A stretch of DNA of 57,724 nt, counting the filler, from Malassezia furfur (Eukaryota): NCBI GenBank assembly GCA_052055015.1. It is 2 parts of 2 records of this genome, joined end to end, with 100 filler letters (N's around TTAATTAATTAA, not from the genome) between each part and the next. Parts side by side here need not be neighbours in the genome. Positions count along the whole stretch, not along the records: positions 1 to 29,037 come from JBQJIT010000108.1; 1 more part is not named here. The stretch is one strand, 5' to 3'. Positions 9,759 through 21,078 of this stretch are shown here, piece by piece. Positions within the stretch are counted from its first letter, which is position 1, and each line of letters opens with the position of its first letter. The position numbers were made by a program, and so were the translations under genes. The notes beneath the pieces are model-generated. The model was not told the origin of the DNA, did no database searches, and was given only the letters and a program-made list of their open reading frames with translations.

Positions 9759-12308
9759 CTAGAAGCCGTACTTGGCGCCGCGGTAGAACGACGGCGGGAG
9801 CGACTGGGCGAGCGCAAAGTAGGGCCGCTCCACCACAAGCAGCTCGGCGGCGGTGTCGTGCGGGAATGCGTGCACCGCAAGGAGCGGCTGGTACTTGAAC
9901 GTGGAGCGCACCACCCAGCCTGCGCCCGCGTCGCCCGGCGCGGTGCCGCGGCGCTTGGTGCCCGCGGGCGCCGCGGGGGTGGAGGTGTGCCGCGCGGTGG
10001 TGATCCACGTGGGGCCGTACAGCACGAGCGTGGCCTCCTGGCGCGCCGCACCGGGGAGCCACGCGCAGCCGACGACCGGTTCGCGCACCTTGGCGAGGTG
10101 GGTATCGAGCTGCGCACGGAGCTCGCGCTCCCATGCGCCCGCGGGTGCGCCCGCGTCCATGTCGTACAGCGCGAGCTGGTTCGTGGGCAGCGTCACGACG
10201 AGCACGTGCGGGCGCTCCGGGTGGAAGCACGCGGCGGTCGGCAGGCTCGCGGGCGACGCGAGGACGCGCTGGTGCGACAGCGTGTCGAGGTGGAACACGT
10301 GCATCCGCCGCGCGCTGTCGACGCTCACGAGCCACTGGCCGTCGGGCGAGACGTGCGCGAGGACGAGCGTGGCGTACACGTCGCGCGCCGCGTCGTCCGC
10401 GTGCGCCGCCTTGCCGCGCACGCGCGCATCGCCGGCAAGCACGCGGCCGTGGCGGCCGTCGTCGGGGGTATGACGCTGGCGGTGCTGCGTAAAGCTGCGC
10501 AGGAGCTGCACCTCGCCAGCATGCGACAGCTGCACGACGTGCACAAACGCGCCGTGCAGCGTGCCGAGCACGAGGCGCGTGCTGTCCGGCGTGAAGGTGA
10601 GCACGCTCGCACCGGGCGCGGGCGCGTCCGTGCCGTGGATCGCCGCGCCGAGCGTGCGCACGCGCCGCGGCGCCAGCACTCCGTGGTGCTCCGCGAGCGC
10701 AAACAGCTTCGTCTCGTACAGGTCCGACGCCGCAAGGTAGCGGCCGTCGGGCGACACGGCGGCGGCGATGAGGTTCGAGCGCGTCTTGAGCTGCAGCTCG
10801 CTCACCTTGTGCCACGGCGCGTCGTCGTGCGTGCCGAGCGCCCAGATCGCGACGCTCGTGTCGCGGCGCAGCACGAGCCACCGCCGCGCAGCACATACCG
10901 ACAGCACCGCGCCGCCCGCGATCGGCGCGCGCGCATTCTGCGGCACAAACGGCACGCGCCGCTGCATCGTGTCCGCAAAGCGCGTCGACACACTCGACGA
11001 GATGAGGTTCGCATACGTCGTGCGCTGCGCGGGTGCCGCGGGCGTCAGCACGAGGTGGAAGTCGATCCCGCCGCTCACCAGCACGGGCAGGCGCGCCGGC
11101 GCCGTCGCAGCGCCACGCGGGTCGAACGGCGGGTCCATCGCCAGCGCGCGGATGTCGTGCGCGTGCAGGCGCCGCGTCGCGGTATGCGCCCACGTGTGGC
11201 CGACGAGCGTGTATTCCGCGACTTTTTGGTCAACGCCCGCACTGTACACGGCGCGCCCGTCGCTGCCGATGCACAGCGCAAGCACATCGGCGCCGCTCGT
11301 GTGGCACTGGAACGTCGCGCCGGGGATCGGCACGCGGCTGCGCGCGTCAAAGAAGGTGACGCGCCCCGTCGAGTCGCCCGTCACGAGCGTGCCGTCGCCC
11401 AGCACCGCGACCGACCAGACGATCGTGTGCTCGCTGCGGTTCTTGAGCAGGGCGAGGCGCGAGCGCAGCTGGCCCGTCGCTACGTCCCACACCGCCGCGG
11501 ACGAGTTGCCGAGGCCGCCCAGCAGGAAACTCTCACGCCACTCGTCGTCCTCGTCGTCGCTCGCACTGTCGTCGCTCGAGCTGTCGTCGTCGTGCGAGGC
11601 CTGCGCGCCGTTCGCCGCACGGCGCACGACGCGCCGCGGCGGTCCCCACGCAAGGCTCAGAATGCGCGAGGCGACGCGCGACATGCGCGGCGCGGCCGCG
11701 ACATCGGGCACGCCAGGGCGCGCGCCGTGCGCATGCTCAAACGCGTCACCACGCACATCGAGCAGGCGCACGATCCCGTCCTCACACCCGATCGCAAGGT
11801 AGTGACCGAGCGGCGAGGCGGCCATGCTCCAGATCGCGCCGCCGTGCGACGGCAGCGTGCGCGTCGCGCTCGTGTGCGGTGCACGCGGCTTGGCCCGCAC
11901 ATCGTCCCCGACGAGCGCCATGTTGGGCGGCAAAAAGTGCTCTGTCACCACACTGCCGCCCGACGTGCTGAAGAGGCGCAGCACATCGGCGCCGTCGACG
12001 TGCGCGCGCGTGAATGCCAGCGCCTCGATCTTGTAGTTCACATCGCCGAACAGCGTGTGCTCAATCATCCAGCCGCGCGCAAGCGGCGCGTCCGCGGATG
12101 TGTCTGCCGAGGTGTCTTCGCACCAGGTGCACAGGTCAATGTTGCCATTCTCGCGCCCGACCGCGAGCACGCACCGCGCCTGCGCCGCGGGCGGCACGGG
12201 CGAGAATGCGAGCGCGGTGATGGACGACGGCGTCCAGTCCACGAAGCGCACGCGGTGCAGCGGCAGCGACACGGGCCGCGCAGCACCCGACTCCGGCGCG
12301 TCGCTCAT
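9759..12308 (-). CDS. UTP4: U3 snoRNP WD40 protein Utp4/Cirhin
   Basis: LHRVRFVDWTPSSITALAF, LAVGRENGNI, GDSTGRVTFFD, HAHDIRAL, C-terminal LLVVERP and PPSFYRGAKYG. Confidence 0.9.
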   Translation of the reverse strand: MSDAPESGAARPVSLPLHRVRFVDWTPSSITALAFSPVPPAAQARCVLAVGRENGNIDLCTWCEDTSADTSADAPLARGWMIEHTLFGDVNYKIEALAFTRAHVDGADVLRLFSTSGGSVVTEHFLPPNMALVGDDVRAKPRAPHTSATRTLPSHGGAIWSMAASPLGHYLAIGCEDGIVRLLDVRGDAFEHAHGARPGVPDVAAAPRMSRVASRILSLAWGPPRRVVRRAANGAQASHDDDSSSDDSASDDEDDEWRESFLLGGLGNSSAAVWDVATGQLRSRLALLKNRSEHTIVWSVAVLGDGTLVTGDSTGRVTFFDARSRVPIPGATFQCHTSGADVLALCIGSDGRAVYSAGVDQKVAEYTLVGHTWAHTATRRLHAHDIRALAMDPPFDPRGAATAPARLPVLVSGGIDFHLVLTPAAPAQRTTYANLISSSVSTRFADTMQRRVPFVPQNARAPIAGGAVLSVCAARRWLVLRRDTSVAIWALGTHDDAPWHKVSELQLKTRSNLIAAAVSPDGRYLAASDLYETKLFALAEHHGVLAPRRVRTLGAAIHGTDAPAPGASVLTFTPDSTRLVLGTLHGAFVHVVQLSHAGEVQLLRSFTQHRQRHTPDDGRHGRVLAGDARVRGKAAHADDAARDVYATLVLAHVSPDGQWLVSVDSARRMHVFHLDTLSHQRVLASPASLPTAACFHPERPHVLVVTLPTNQLALYDMDAGAPAGAWERELRAQLDTHLAKVREPVVGCAWLPGAARQEATLVLYGPTWITTARHTSTPAAPAGTKRRGTAPGDAGAGWVVRSTFKYQPLLAVHAFPHDTAAELLVVERPYFALAQSLPPSFYRGAKYGF

Positions 12309-12378
12309 GGATGCAGTCCAAGAAAAAAAGTGAGCGGCGGCGTCACGTGGCCGGCCGTGCGGCCAGCGTCCGACCAGC

Positions 12379-13584
12379 ATGAACGAAGGCGGCAAGACGG
12401 TGGTCATCAAGCTCGGCACGTCGTCGATCCTGTCGGAATCGACGATGCAGCCCAAGATTCGCATCATGGCTTCGATCGTAGAGACCGTGCTGCACCTCCG
12501 CACGGCCGGGCACCGCGTGATCCTCGTGTGCTCCGGCGCGATCGGCGTCGGCCGCGTGCGGATGGGCATGCAGGAGCGGCCCAAGGAGCTCGGGCAGCGC
12601 CAGGCCCTCGCGGCGCTCGGCCAGCTGCGCCTCATGTCGCTTTGGGACAATCTGTTTGGCGTCGTGGGCATCAACGTCGCACAGGTGCTCGTCACACGCA
12701 CCGACCTCGCCGACAGCAACCGCTACCACAACGCACGCACCACCCTCGAGACACTCATGTCCAGCACGATCGATGCCGTGCCAATCGTCAACGAGAACGA
12801 TACCGTGTCCGTGTACGAGATGCGCTTCGGCGACAACGATTCGCTCTCGGCCATCACCGCGGGCCTCGTCGATGCCGACTTCCTCTTCCTGTGCACGGAC
12901 GTCGACGGTCTGTACACGGACAACCCGCGGACGTGCCCTGACGCACGCCGCCTGAGCATTGTGAGTAGTGTCGATGAGGCTCGCCGCGCAGCGAGTGTCA
13001 AGACGCTTGGCTCTTCCTTCGGCACGGGCGGCATGCAGACCAAGCTCATCGCCGCCGAACTTGCGACCGCTGCCGGTGTCGCGACCGTGATCCTCAATGG
13101 CGAACACCCCGAAAATATCCTGCGCATCGTCCAGCGTGGCGTGCCCAAGTCGGTGAACGACGGCGCACACGCTTCGACGCCCGACGAACCCGCACACACC
13201 ATGTTCCTTCCGAGTCGGTCACGGCTGCCCGCACGCAAATGGCGCATCCTGCACGCGATGCACCCGGTCGGCTCGCTCATCATTGACCAGGGCGCGTACG
13301 ACCGGATTAGCAGCCGCGACTCGGGTGGGCGGCTGCTCCCGGCCGGCGTCGTTGGCGTCCAGGGCAACTGGGAACGGCTGCAGGCCGTGCGCCTCCTCGT
13401 GCGCCGCCCAGCAGGCGACATGGGCGTACTGGAAGACGTCGAGGTCGGCCGCGCACTCGCCAACTATACCTCGGTCGAATGCGAGCGGATCAAGGGGCTA
13501 CAGAGCGCACAGATCTACGAGGTGTTGGGGTGTGCCGACTCGCAGTACGTCACCGACCAGATCGTGCTCGCAGGCCAGGTGTAA
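12379..13584 (+). CDS. PRO1: Glutamate 5-kinase with C-terminal PUA domain
   Basis: VIKLGTSS, SGAIGVG, NENDTV, FGDNDSLSA, TDVDGLYT, GTGGMQTK. Confidence 0.95.
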   Translation: MNEGGKTVVIKLGTSSILSESTMQPKIRIMASIVETVLHLRTAGHRVILVCSGAIGVGRVRMGMQERPKELGQRQALAALGQLRLMSLWDNLFGVVGINVAQVLVTRTDLADSNRYHNARTTLETLMSSTIDAVPIVNENDTVSVYEMRFGDNDSLSAITAGLVDADFLFLCTDVDGLYTDNPRTCPDARRLSIVSSVDEARRAASVKTLGSSFGTGGMQTKLIAAELATAAGVATVILNGEHPENILRIVQRGVPKSVNDGAHASTPDEPAHTMFLPSRSRLPARKWRILHAMHPVGSLIIDQGAYDRISSRDSGGRLLPAGVVGVQGNWERLQAVRLLVRRPAGDMGVLEDVEVGRALANYTSVECERIKGLQSAQIYEVLGCADSQYVTDQIVLAGQV

Positions 13585-13604
13585 TGTGTAGATACAAAAG
13601 CAAG

Positions 13605-14046
13605 TTACCCCAAGTAGTCCACCGACTTGCCACCCATCGTGGCCTGCGACGGCGTCGTACCGCCGTTCGCACCGGGCGGCACCAGCTCGTGGAGCTTCTC
13701 GCCGAGCTTGAGGGTGTTCCACTTCACCACGCGTGGGTCCTGGCGGAAGCGGTCGTTGAGCACCTTGAGCGTCGGTGCATTGGTATCAAACTGCATCAGC
13801 CAGTAGCTAAGGTCAGCAATGCAGACACGTACTCGCCGGCCGTGTGGTATTGCTGGTGTCTCCGAGCCCGTTGCGGCAGGGTCCGCTTGCCCCAGTATTG
13901 CACGTTGCGCACGACACCGCCGTGGTCAAGCACCAGGCGCGACGTCGACTGCACCAGGTCGCGCAGAGGCGCCGACTCTGCAGACGCAATCGCCACGCAG
14001 AACAACTCGTAGAGCCTAGGGTTAGCACGCGAGCCACCTACGGCAT
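13605..14046 (-). CDS. MRP17: Mitochondrial ribosomal protein bS6m; introns 14016-14041, 13807-13832
   Basis: MP|LYEL, GGVVRNVQYWG, GD|YWLMQFD, DPRVVKW. Confidence 0.85.
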
Positions 14047-14076
14047 GACGGTCGAAGAAAGCAAAGATGACTAATC

Positions 14077-15238
14077 CTACACGGCTACGGCCTGGTGGAG
14101 TTGGAGGCACAGGTGCAGCAGCTGGAGCGCCTCGTTGCCGCCGTCCATGAGCGCCTTGTCCGTCTCGCCAAACTGCAGCGCGCACTTGGTTTTTTGGCGT
14201 GCATTCAAAAGGGGGTGTAGAATCACATAGTCGTGCAACTGGAGGACCACTTGCGTGCTCGAATACCCTTCGCGCACCACGTGCTGCACCGCCGAGGAAA
14301 TCCGGTCAAACGACGAGCCGTGCGCGCGCGGCCCGCTGTCTTCGTCTGTATCGATCCCGACGCTCCGCGCCAATGTCTCAATAACATGCTGCGGCACGAT
14401 GCCCGCAAGTTCAGCAACCGCATCCCCCGTCATGTCGCGCACATCGCCGCCGCGTGCCGACGCCAGGCGAGACACAGACTGTAGGTAAGTAATGGAGCGG
14501 CGCATATCTCCTTCTGAGGCCCGGATCAGTGCAGGGATTAGGTCGTCGTTGAGCTTGAGCCCCTCAGAGGCCGCGATGAACCGCAGGCGCTCTTCTGTAC
14601 TGGCCTGGTCCAATGGGCGGAACCGAAACTTGCTGCAACGCGATGCAACCGGCTCAATGATGCTGTATTAGACACACACATACCGTGTGACATAGTTGCA
14701 AATGAGGCAGAAACGCGTCGTGCGGCTGTACTGCTCCATGATACGACGGAGCGCGCCTTGTGCGTCTTGGGTCATACTGTCGGCCTCGTCGAGGATCACG
14801 ATTTTGTACGGAGGCGAGGGATAGTTGCTGCACGGTCAATACACCACGTACGGGTTCGGTGCCGAGACGGCCATCTTGGCAAACGACTTGATCTTGTCGC
14901 GCACCACGGAAATGCCACGCTCGTCGGACGCGTTCAGCTCCAGGACGCGCGATTTCATCAGCTCAGGTCTGTGTCAGAGTGTACAACATACCCATACAGC
15001 TGGCGCGCCAGCGCTAGGATCGTAGACGTCTTGCCTGTGCCGGGCGGGCCATAGAAGAGCATGTGCGGGAGCTGGGTAAGTCATGTAACGTACATTGGCC
15101 GTTTTGAGTGCATTGCGAAGGATAGTCACCGCATGCTGCTGCGATGCGACCTCATCAATGTTCTTCGGTCGACTGGGTCAGCCGTAACACCTACTAGCGC
15201 TCGACCCACGGCCGGTTCTCGGCGCGTGCTTCCGTCAT
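14077..15238 (-). CDS. RFC2: Replication factor C small subunit; introns 15173-15194, 15072-15093, 14969-14991, 14828-14851, 14663-14683
   Basis: [65 protein letters not shown]; all five 21-24-nt introns restore frame. Confidence 0.95.
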
Positions 15239-15281
15239 GAGGACGAAACGTGTGGCCGATCGGCAGCCGATCTTTAATTCC

Positions 15282-15303
15282 ACGCGTCTGACGCGCGACG
15301 CGT
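15282..15303. promoter_or_regulatory. Two MCB boxes (ACGCGT) in the 82-bp RFC2/CAC1 bidirectional promoter
   Basis: ACGCGT at 15282-15287 and 15298-15303 with ACGCGC between; both flanking genes are S-phase genes. Confidence 0.6.
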
Positions 15304-15320
15304 CTTTTCCGGAAGCCGAT

Positions 15321-17515
15321 ATGGCTGAACGCGCAGGGGACGCGGCCCCGAGCCCCGACACTGGGAAGCGAAAGACAACCGAGCAACAGGAGACGCCCAA
15401 GTCGTCAAAGAAGGCACGGACGCCGCCCCCACTCGTCACCCTTCGCAATTCGCGCCTGAACCTCCGCCAGAAGGGCGTGGGGTGGGACCGTACGATGCCG
15501 GTCCTGCGCGGTACGTGTATGCCTGACCACAGCCGTGCTGGGATTCCAGTCATTCCTTGCCGAGCATGCAAATGCACCGCTGGATGCCATTCCCCAAGAA
15601 CATATACCAGTGGTTGCGAGTCTGACGCAAGAAAGGTACGTCTCCATTCTCACCCAGTGACAAAAGCGCAGCCGAGCTCGCCAAACTCATTCGCGCAACG
15701 CTCCTGCCCGAGGGACACAAGGCATTGGAAAAGACGTCGGAGAATGGTGAGGCCGTGGATGTGTTGCCTGTACAGCTCCTGCAGGCGACCATCGAATCCA
15801 TTGCCCAGCGCGTCAACTATGGTATCGATGCACCGTCCGACTCGAGCATGGTGCCTTCGTTGCAACTTTGGCGCTGGGAGGTAAATGACGTGGGCTTGCT
15901 TCCCGAAGAGAACCTTGCCAAGCTCCTTGCCCGCCGTGAAGAACGTGGTCAGGCCAAAGTACAGGCCTTGGAACAGTTCGATGCGCTCCCCGATGACACG
16001 CGACAGTCGCTCCTCGAAGGAAAAAAGGTGGCCAAGGGCAAGGACACGCCTGCGCCCCCCACACCTGCGCCGAAAGCCGAACCTGAACCACCAGCGCCGC
16101 CCGTGACGCCCGTGCCGAAGGAGAAGTCGGAGCGAAGCAAGCTGCGTGAGTCCAAAAAGGCAGAGCGACAAGCCAAGGAACAGGAACGGCAGGCTAAGGA
16201 ACAGAAAAACGAAAAGGACAAACAGGCGCAAGTGCGTCTGTTCAACTCGTTCTTCCAGCAGCCAACCACGCGCGCCTCTCCCAAGAAGGAGGAGGAAGAG
16301 GAAAAGAACGATTTCCAGCGCACATTCCTGCCTTGCGAGTACAAAAATATGGCCAGCCTTAACCCCTTCTACCATGACGTCGATGACACGCTTTTGCGCA
16401 AGATGGATACACGCGAGCAAACCAAGGAAGAACTTCTCGCGCAATTCAAACGGACGGGAGTGCAACGCAAAGTGCACTCGCGTGGCATCCATCCGCCCGT
16501 TTCGGTGCGGGACATTATGAAATGCGTGCAAGAGTCGGATGTTCTGGGAGGCAACGCCGAAGAACAGACCAAGCACGAGCTGGAGAAGCTGAACAACCGC
16601 CGCTTGTTGCCCATCAAGCTTTTGCATTTCCAAACGGACCGGCGACCGGGGTGGGTTGGTACTTGGTCGCGGGCCTCGACGTTTATTACGCCGCGAAAGC
16701 CTTTTGGCCAAGATCCTGTCGCGTTGGATTATTCCTACGATTCTGATGCAGAATGGGAGGAGGAAGAGGGAGAGAATGTCGATGCAATGGACGATCGCGA
16801 GGATGAAGAGAGCATGGCTGGGTCGGACAATGATGATTCGGAGATGGATGACTGGCTTGAGGACGACCTGGAAGTGATTGAGGAGGTGCCTCCTGAAGAA
16901 GCCGAAAGTGAGATGCAGGATCAGACCTCCGAGAACAAGCAGCTGGAGAAGCCTGTGAATGTGCTTCAGCCGAAAAAGAAGATTAAGCTGCTGGGGCGCC
17001 GCTTTGACTCTAAGCTCGTGCCTTATATCACAGGACCCCACTGGGAACAGACCCTCGGCGAACCGACCCACGACAGTTTTATACCCTACCGCATCCAGTT
17101 CATCAATGACGCCTATGCGGGCCTCGATCCCTTCACGTTTACCTCTACGACTATCGCAGTGGCGCCATCAACCGAGGAGAAGACGGTGTCGAAAGAACCC
17201 ACTGAGTCGGCAACGCCCACTCCGACGACGAACCCAACGCCTGCACCTACAACTACGAGGACGCCCAAATTCAATTTCCCCGATACCCATCTTCCCGAGC
17301 TGCTCAAGCTGATTCAAGGCTCTACGAGATCAAAGCCTGCGCTCCTCGAGGATCTCCGTGAGCACTTTGGACCCATTGTAAAAGGCGTCAGCAAAGCGGC
17401 CATCGAGACTCGCCTCCAGGAGTGCGCGACGCGCGAGAGTAAAAAGCCGGGGTCCAAATGGGTGATCAAACCGGAATGGCAAAGCCAACTGAATAGCTCC
17501 ATAGCACCGCAGTAA
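15321..17515 (+). CDS. RLF2: Chromatin assembly factor 1 large subunit (Cac1/Rlf2); introns 15511-15532, 15636-15657
   Basis: KER coiled-coil, PIP-like QVRLFNSFF, KLLHFQTDRRPGWVGTW, LDYSYDSDAEWEEEEGE, C-terminal winged-helix-like region. Confidence 0.9.
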
Positions 17516-17625
17516 TGCTGTCGGCCCGCATTTGCTTGTGTCTAGCGCGCACAGACCATAGGACGACGCGACTTGGAAAGCATTCCCTCAAGTATGTTGG
17601 ACTGACCCTAGATTCGCAACTGCAA

Positions 17626-17730
17626 GGCAAGATGGCCGAGTGGTCTAAGGCGCAACGTTAAGGTTTCCTTAATATAAGAGCTTCTAGCTTCCGTTGTCTT
17701 CGGGCGTGGGTTCGAATCCCACTCTTGTCA
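17626..17730 (+). tRNA. tRNA-Leu(AAG) with 27-nt intron (17664-17690)
   Basis: Acceptor GGCAAGA/TCTTGTC, D arm GCCGAGTGGTCTAAGGC, anticodon stem CAACG/CGTTG with AAG at 17660-17662, variable arm, GGTTCGAATCC T arm. Confidence 0.93.
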
Positions 17731-17733
17731 CAC

Positions 17734-17739
17734 TTTTTT
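17734..17739 (+). terminator. Pol III terminator (T6)
   Basis: TTTTTT directly after the tRNA. Confidence 0.75.
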
Positions 17740-17806
17740 GGTCCCAAGGAGAGTCACGTGATGTAATTGGCGTGGAGACCAACACCCCGCTCCGCTTGCT
17801 CACACC

Positions 17807-18522
17807 ATGGCGCGTCGCGAGTCAAGCGCCGCGATTCCGGAAGCGAGTCTACCGTGCGTAGGGAACATGTCTGACCTTTTTTACAGTGAGATGATTCAGG
17901 AGCTCAATTCCGTTTTGGTCCCAGATGAGGAAATCGCGCGCATTCACGAATATACGCGCGCCATGAAGGAGACAAAAGAGGAGCGCGAAGCCGAACGGGC
18001 AAAGACACAGTCGATGCTTGACCGTATGTGTGGATAATAACATCAGAATTACAGGCATCGGTTGCAGAATTGCGGGAGAGCTCGACACGGTCTGCAGCAG
18101 ACTGGCATTCGCTAGAGACGCACCAAACCATGATGAAAGAGATGGAGAACGAAAAGTTTGACTTGGCTAAGAAGATCAACGAGCAAGAAGCGGCTCTTTC
18201 TATGCTCGAGACAGAAATTGAAGAGCTCCGGAGAGAAAGCGATGCGGTGGAAAACTGGGACATCGAGCAAGAAGTCGGCATGGACCGCAGTGCGTACGTA
18301 CAGAGCCATAACTGACCCAGTCTTGCACTGCAGCTTTTCCGTGGCATGGGATTCGTGCCTTTTCATGACCCAGCTAATCCAGACGGTCCCATCACATCTC
18401 TGTTGGTTCGATCGGCACGCCGTAACGTCGCCGCTTCTTTCGATGTGGACGAAAAGACACGCAAGCAAAACAACGTGACTGCGTTTGACTTAGCTGAGAA
18501 GCTATGGGCAGCTGCCGATTAA
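17807..18522 (+). CDS. SPC24: Kinetochore Ndc80 complex subunit Spc24-like; introns 17854-17886, 18024-18046, 18294-18320
   Basis: Coiled-coil followed by ALALQLFRGMGF ... FDLAEKLW C-terminal signature. Confidence 0.7.
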
Positions 18523-18680
18523 GCTCCCTAAATCATGTATTATATCTACGGTTGTGCATAGGACCTCACATGGCGGCGGCACTGGTGCCAAGCAGGAACG
18601 TGGAGAAATAGTTCTAATGCGCGAAATTTAATCTAGGCGTGCTCAGCTGATTTTGGCCTTCTTCCCACACGAAGATCACC

Positions 18681-19468
18681 ATGCCTCGTGTTAAAAAGGT
18701 GCAGGCCTCCAAGCCTTCTGGCTCATGGACGCGCTGCATTGCAATCATTGCGACCATCCTGGCGGTAGCTGTGGCCATTTTCACCTACGTCGATGCGCAC
18801 ATTGTACGTCTTCACTCTAACTCAGCGTTCCTTCTACATCTTTGACCAGCCTAAGCTGCATGCGATTGCCAAGGAGGCTATCGCCAAGCACGGCAACAAC
18901 ACCGACGGGATCTTTGAGCACATCGTCACGGAGCTGCGCAAGGACCCGAAGGTCGGGCCCACGCTGAACCCCAATTCGTTCCGCGACCACTCCGAATGGG
19001 TGTTCAACAACGCCGGTGGTGCGATGGGCTCCATGTACATCATCCATGCGTCCATCACAGAGTACCTAATCTTCTTTGGTACGCCCATTGGCACCGAGGG
19101 GCACACTGGTCGTCACACCGCGGACGACTACTTCCACATTCTTTACGGAGAGCAGCAGGCATTCCGTGCTGGGGACCTGCACCCCGAGCGGTACCCCGCT
19201 GGTGCAATGCATTACCTCCCGCGCGGCCTGGTGAAGCAGTACATGATGCCCGAGACGGGTTGCTGGGCTTTGGAGCTTGCGCAAGGTAGGTCGAATGCTA
19301 ACCCCCAGGCTGGATCCCTCCCATGCTTCCCTTCGGTTTCGCGGACACCATTTCGTCTACGCTCGACTTCCCGACCTTTTTCAACACGGCATACATTACA
19401 GCGCGCGAGATGATCAAGAATTTGCTTCGGGGTACGTCTGCCTTATTATTTACACAGGGAAATTCTGA
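18681..19468 (+). CDS. ERG2: C-8 sterol isomerase; introns 18804-18825, 19286-19308, 19432-19457
   Basis: [66 protein letters not shown], terminal GKF. Confidence 0.97.
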
Positions 19469-19485
19469 ATGTCGGCATGGGTCCC

Positions 19486-20973
19486 CTATTTGTGGACGGC
19501 GTGCTTGCTGTGATTCCGCAGGCGATGTCCATAAATGCCAAACAGAAACCCAATGCACGTCAGCGGAATTGAAATCCCGGCAAACATGGACATGGCGCCT
19601 TGGAATGTCATGGCATTGATCATTTGCCGTGTGAACAGGGGAAACGTGCCTGCGATCGCCGAGCGGCAAAAGGTGTTGAGTCCCACCACGGCGGCCGTAT
19701 TGTTGCTGTAGGTATCGGTGAGGTAGGCGAGCCAGGAGTTGAATACGGCCAACATGCCAAATGCAAAAAGGAAGGCACCGATACTCGGCCCCGACCAGTG
19801 GACATGAGGAAAGGGGGCCGTCCATGCAAAGATGAACAGGCCGATCGGGACAAACAAGATGGACCACTCTCCAGAGCGCAGGCGAAGCTCGGGTGTGTTG
19901 GTGCCCCGGTCATATGCGCGCCCATACTCCCAGTTCTGGATGATGCACCCGACCAGCAATGCAGATACGATAAAGCCAATGAGCACCGCCACGTAAGTGT
20001 ATCCCACTTGGACGGCGGTCAAACCACGAATATCGTGCCACACTTCAGGAAAGAAGAGGAGAGAGCCATACAGGAGACCGTACAGCATCGATGTATAGAA
20101 GCACACAATCATGACCAAGGGTTCTTCGGCCAGCAAGATCCACGGCACATACATAGACTGCTTGACTTGCGCAGCAACCAGGTGAAGTGCGTTATGTCGG
20201 GGCAAGAAGCGCGCCAGCCAATGCTCACTGCGATGGAGCAGATCTTCGTGTCTTTGCTCTGCTTCACGGATGCGTTCGTTACGCTGCTGTAATGCTGGTG
20301 CAAACGTTTCTGGGACCGTGAATGTATACACGACCAGCCCCACAAACGCCATGATCGGAATCGATCGCAGATTCCATCGCCAATCTGAGTCCCGCACGGC
20401 AACTGCACCTAGGAAAGCAGACAGCGTGGGCCCCGTGAACGTGATGTAGCGAAACATGGTGTTGTACGGGATGCGATTGCGCTCGGTGGTCATATCCACG
20501 ATGCTGCCAGCGACGTTGGGAAAGGCGGCCGAGGCGGCGAAACCCGCGAGTGTGCGGCAGATCATTAGAGAGTGAATGTGAGAGGAGAGGCACACGCCCA
20601 AATTGAACAGCGTCACTCCTGTGAGCGACGCGAGGAACACGGGTCGTCGGCCCAGCGACTGGCTGAGTGGCGCCCAAAACAGGGAGCCTACCGCGAGTCC
20701 AAACATGTATAAGCTGGTGCCAAGCTGCGCGACCTCGGTGGACATGGGGATATCAATGAGCATTGCCTTGATTCCCGGGGAATAGACACCCGATGCATAG
20801 GTGTTTACCAGGGTGACGTACAGGAGCACTGCGTTGGTGTACACCTTCCGATATAAAGGCCACTGCTGTGCGTCTTGCCCCGGCTCCAGCAGGACCGCCT
20901 TGGGAGCTGCATCATCTGGGCCGCCTGACGACGGCGCCGGCGAGCACTTCTCTGCGTCGACGTCGTCGGGCAT
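19486..20973 (-). CDS. MFS transporter, DHA1 (drug:H+ antiporter) family
   Basis: [34 protein letters not shown]; about 12 hydrophobic segments. Confidence 0.88.
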   Translation of the reverse strand: MPDDVDAEKCSPAPSSGGPDDAAPKAVLLEPGQDAQQWPLYRKVYTNAVLLYVTLVNTYASGVYSPGIKAMLIDIPMSTEVAQLGTSLYMFGLAVGSLFWAPLSQSLGRRPVFLASLTGVTLFNLGVCLSSHIHSLMICRTLAGFAASAAFPNVAGSIVDMTTERNRIPYNTMFRYITFTGPTLSAFLGAVAVRDSDWRWNLRSIPIMAFVGLVVYTFTVPETFAPALQQRNERIREAEQRHEDLLHRSEHWLARFLPRHNALHLVAAQVKQSMYVPWILLAEEPLVMIVCFYTSMLYGLLYGSLLFFPEVWHDIRGLTAVQVGYTYVAVLIGFIVSALLVGCIIQNWEYGRAYDRGTNTPELRLRSGEWSILFVPIGLFIFAWTAPFPHVHWSGPSIGAFLFAFGMLAVFNSWLAYLTDTYSNNTAAVVGLNTFCRSAIAGTFPLFTRQMINAMTFQGAMSMFAGISIPLTCIGFLFGIYGHRLRNHSKHAVHK

Positions 20974-21078
20974 GGCCACCCCTCGCGCGTTCGCTCGCCG
21001 ACCGTCCAGACCAAGCGGCGTGTTGCCAAGAGATGCAGGACACGACCTCCACTAAGACGCCTGGCCAAGCTTCGGAGC

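Noticed and set aside
9672..12941. Very long antisense or alternate-frame ORFs (e.g. 9672-12941, 7640-9715, 31970-34345, 39112-41466, 53306-54598)
   Set aside because: Shadow ORFs from high GC and strong codon bias; Arg/Ala-rich, no recognisable motifs, and they overlap well-supported genes
19486..20973. Intronless lower-GC MFS gene as horizontal transfer
   Set aside because: Typical fungal DHA1 motifs; composition matches neighbouring native genes
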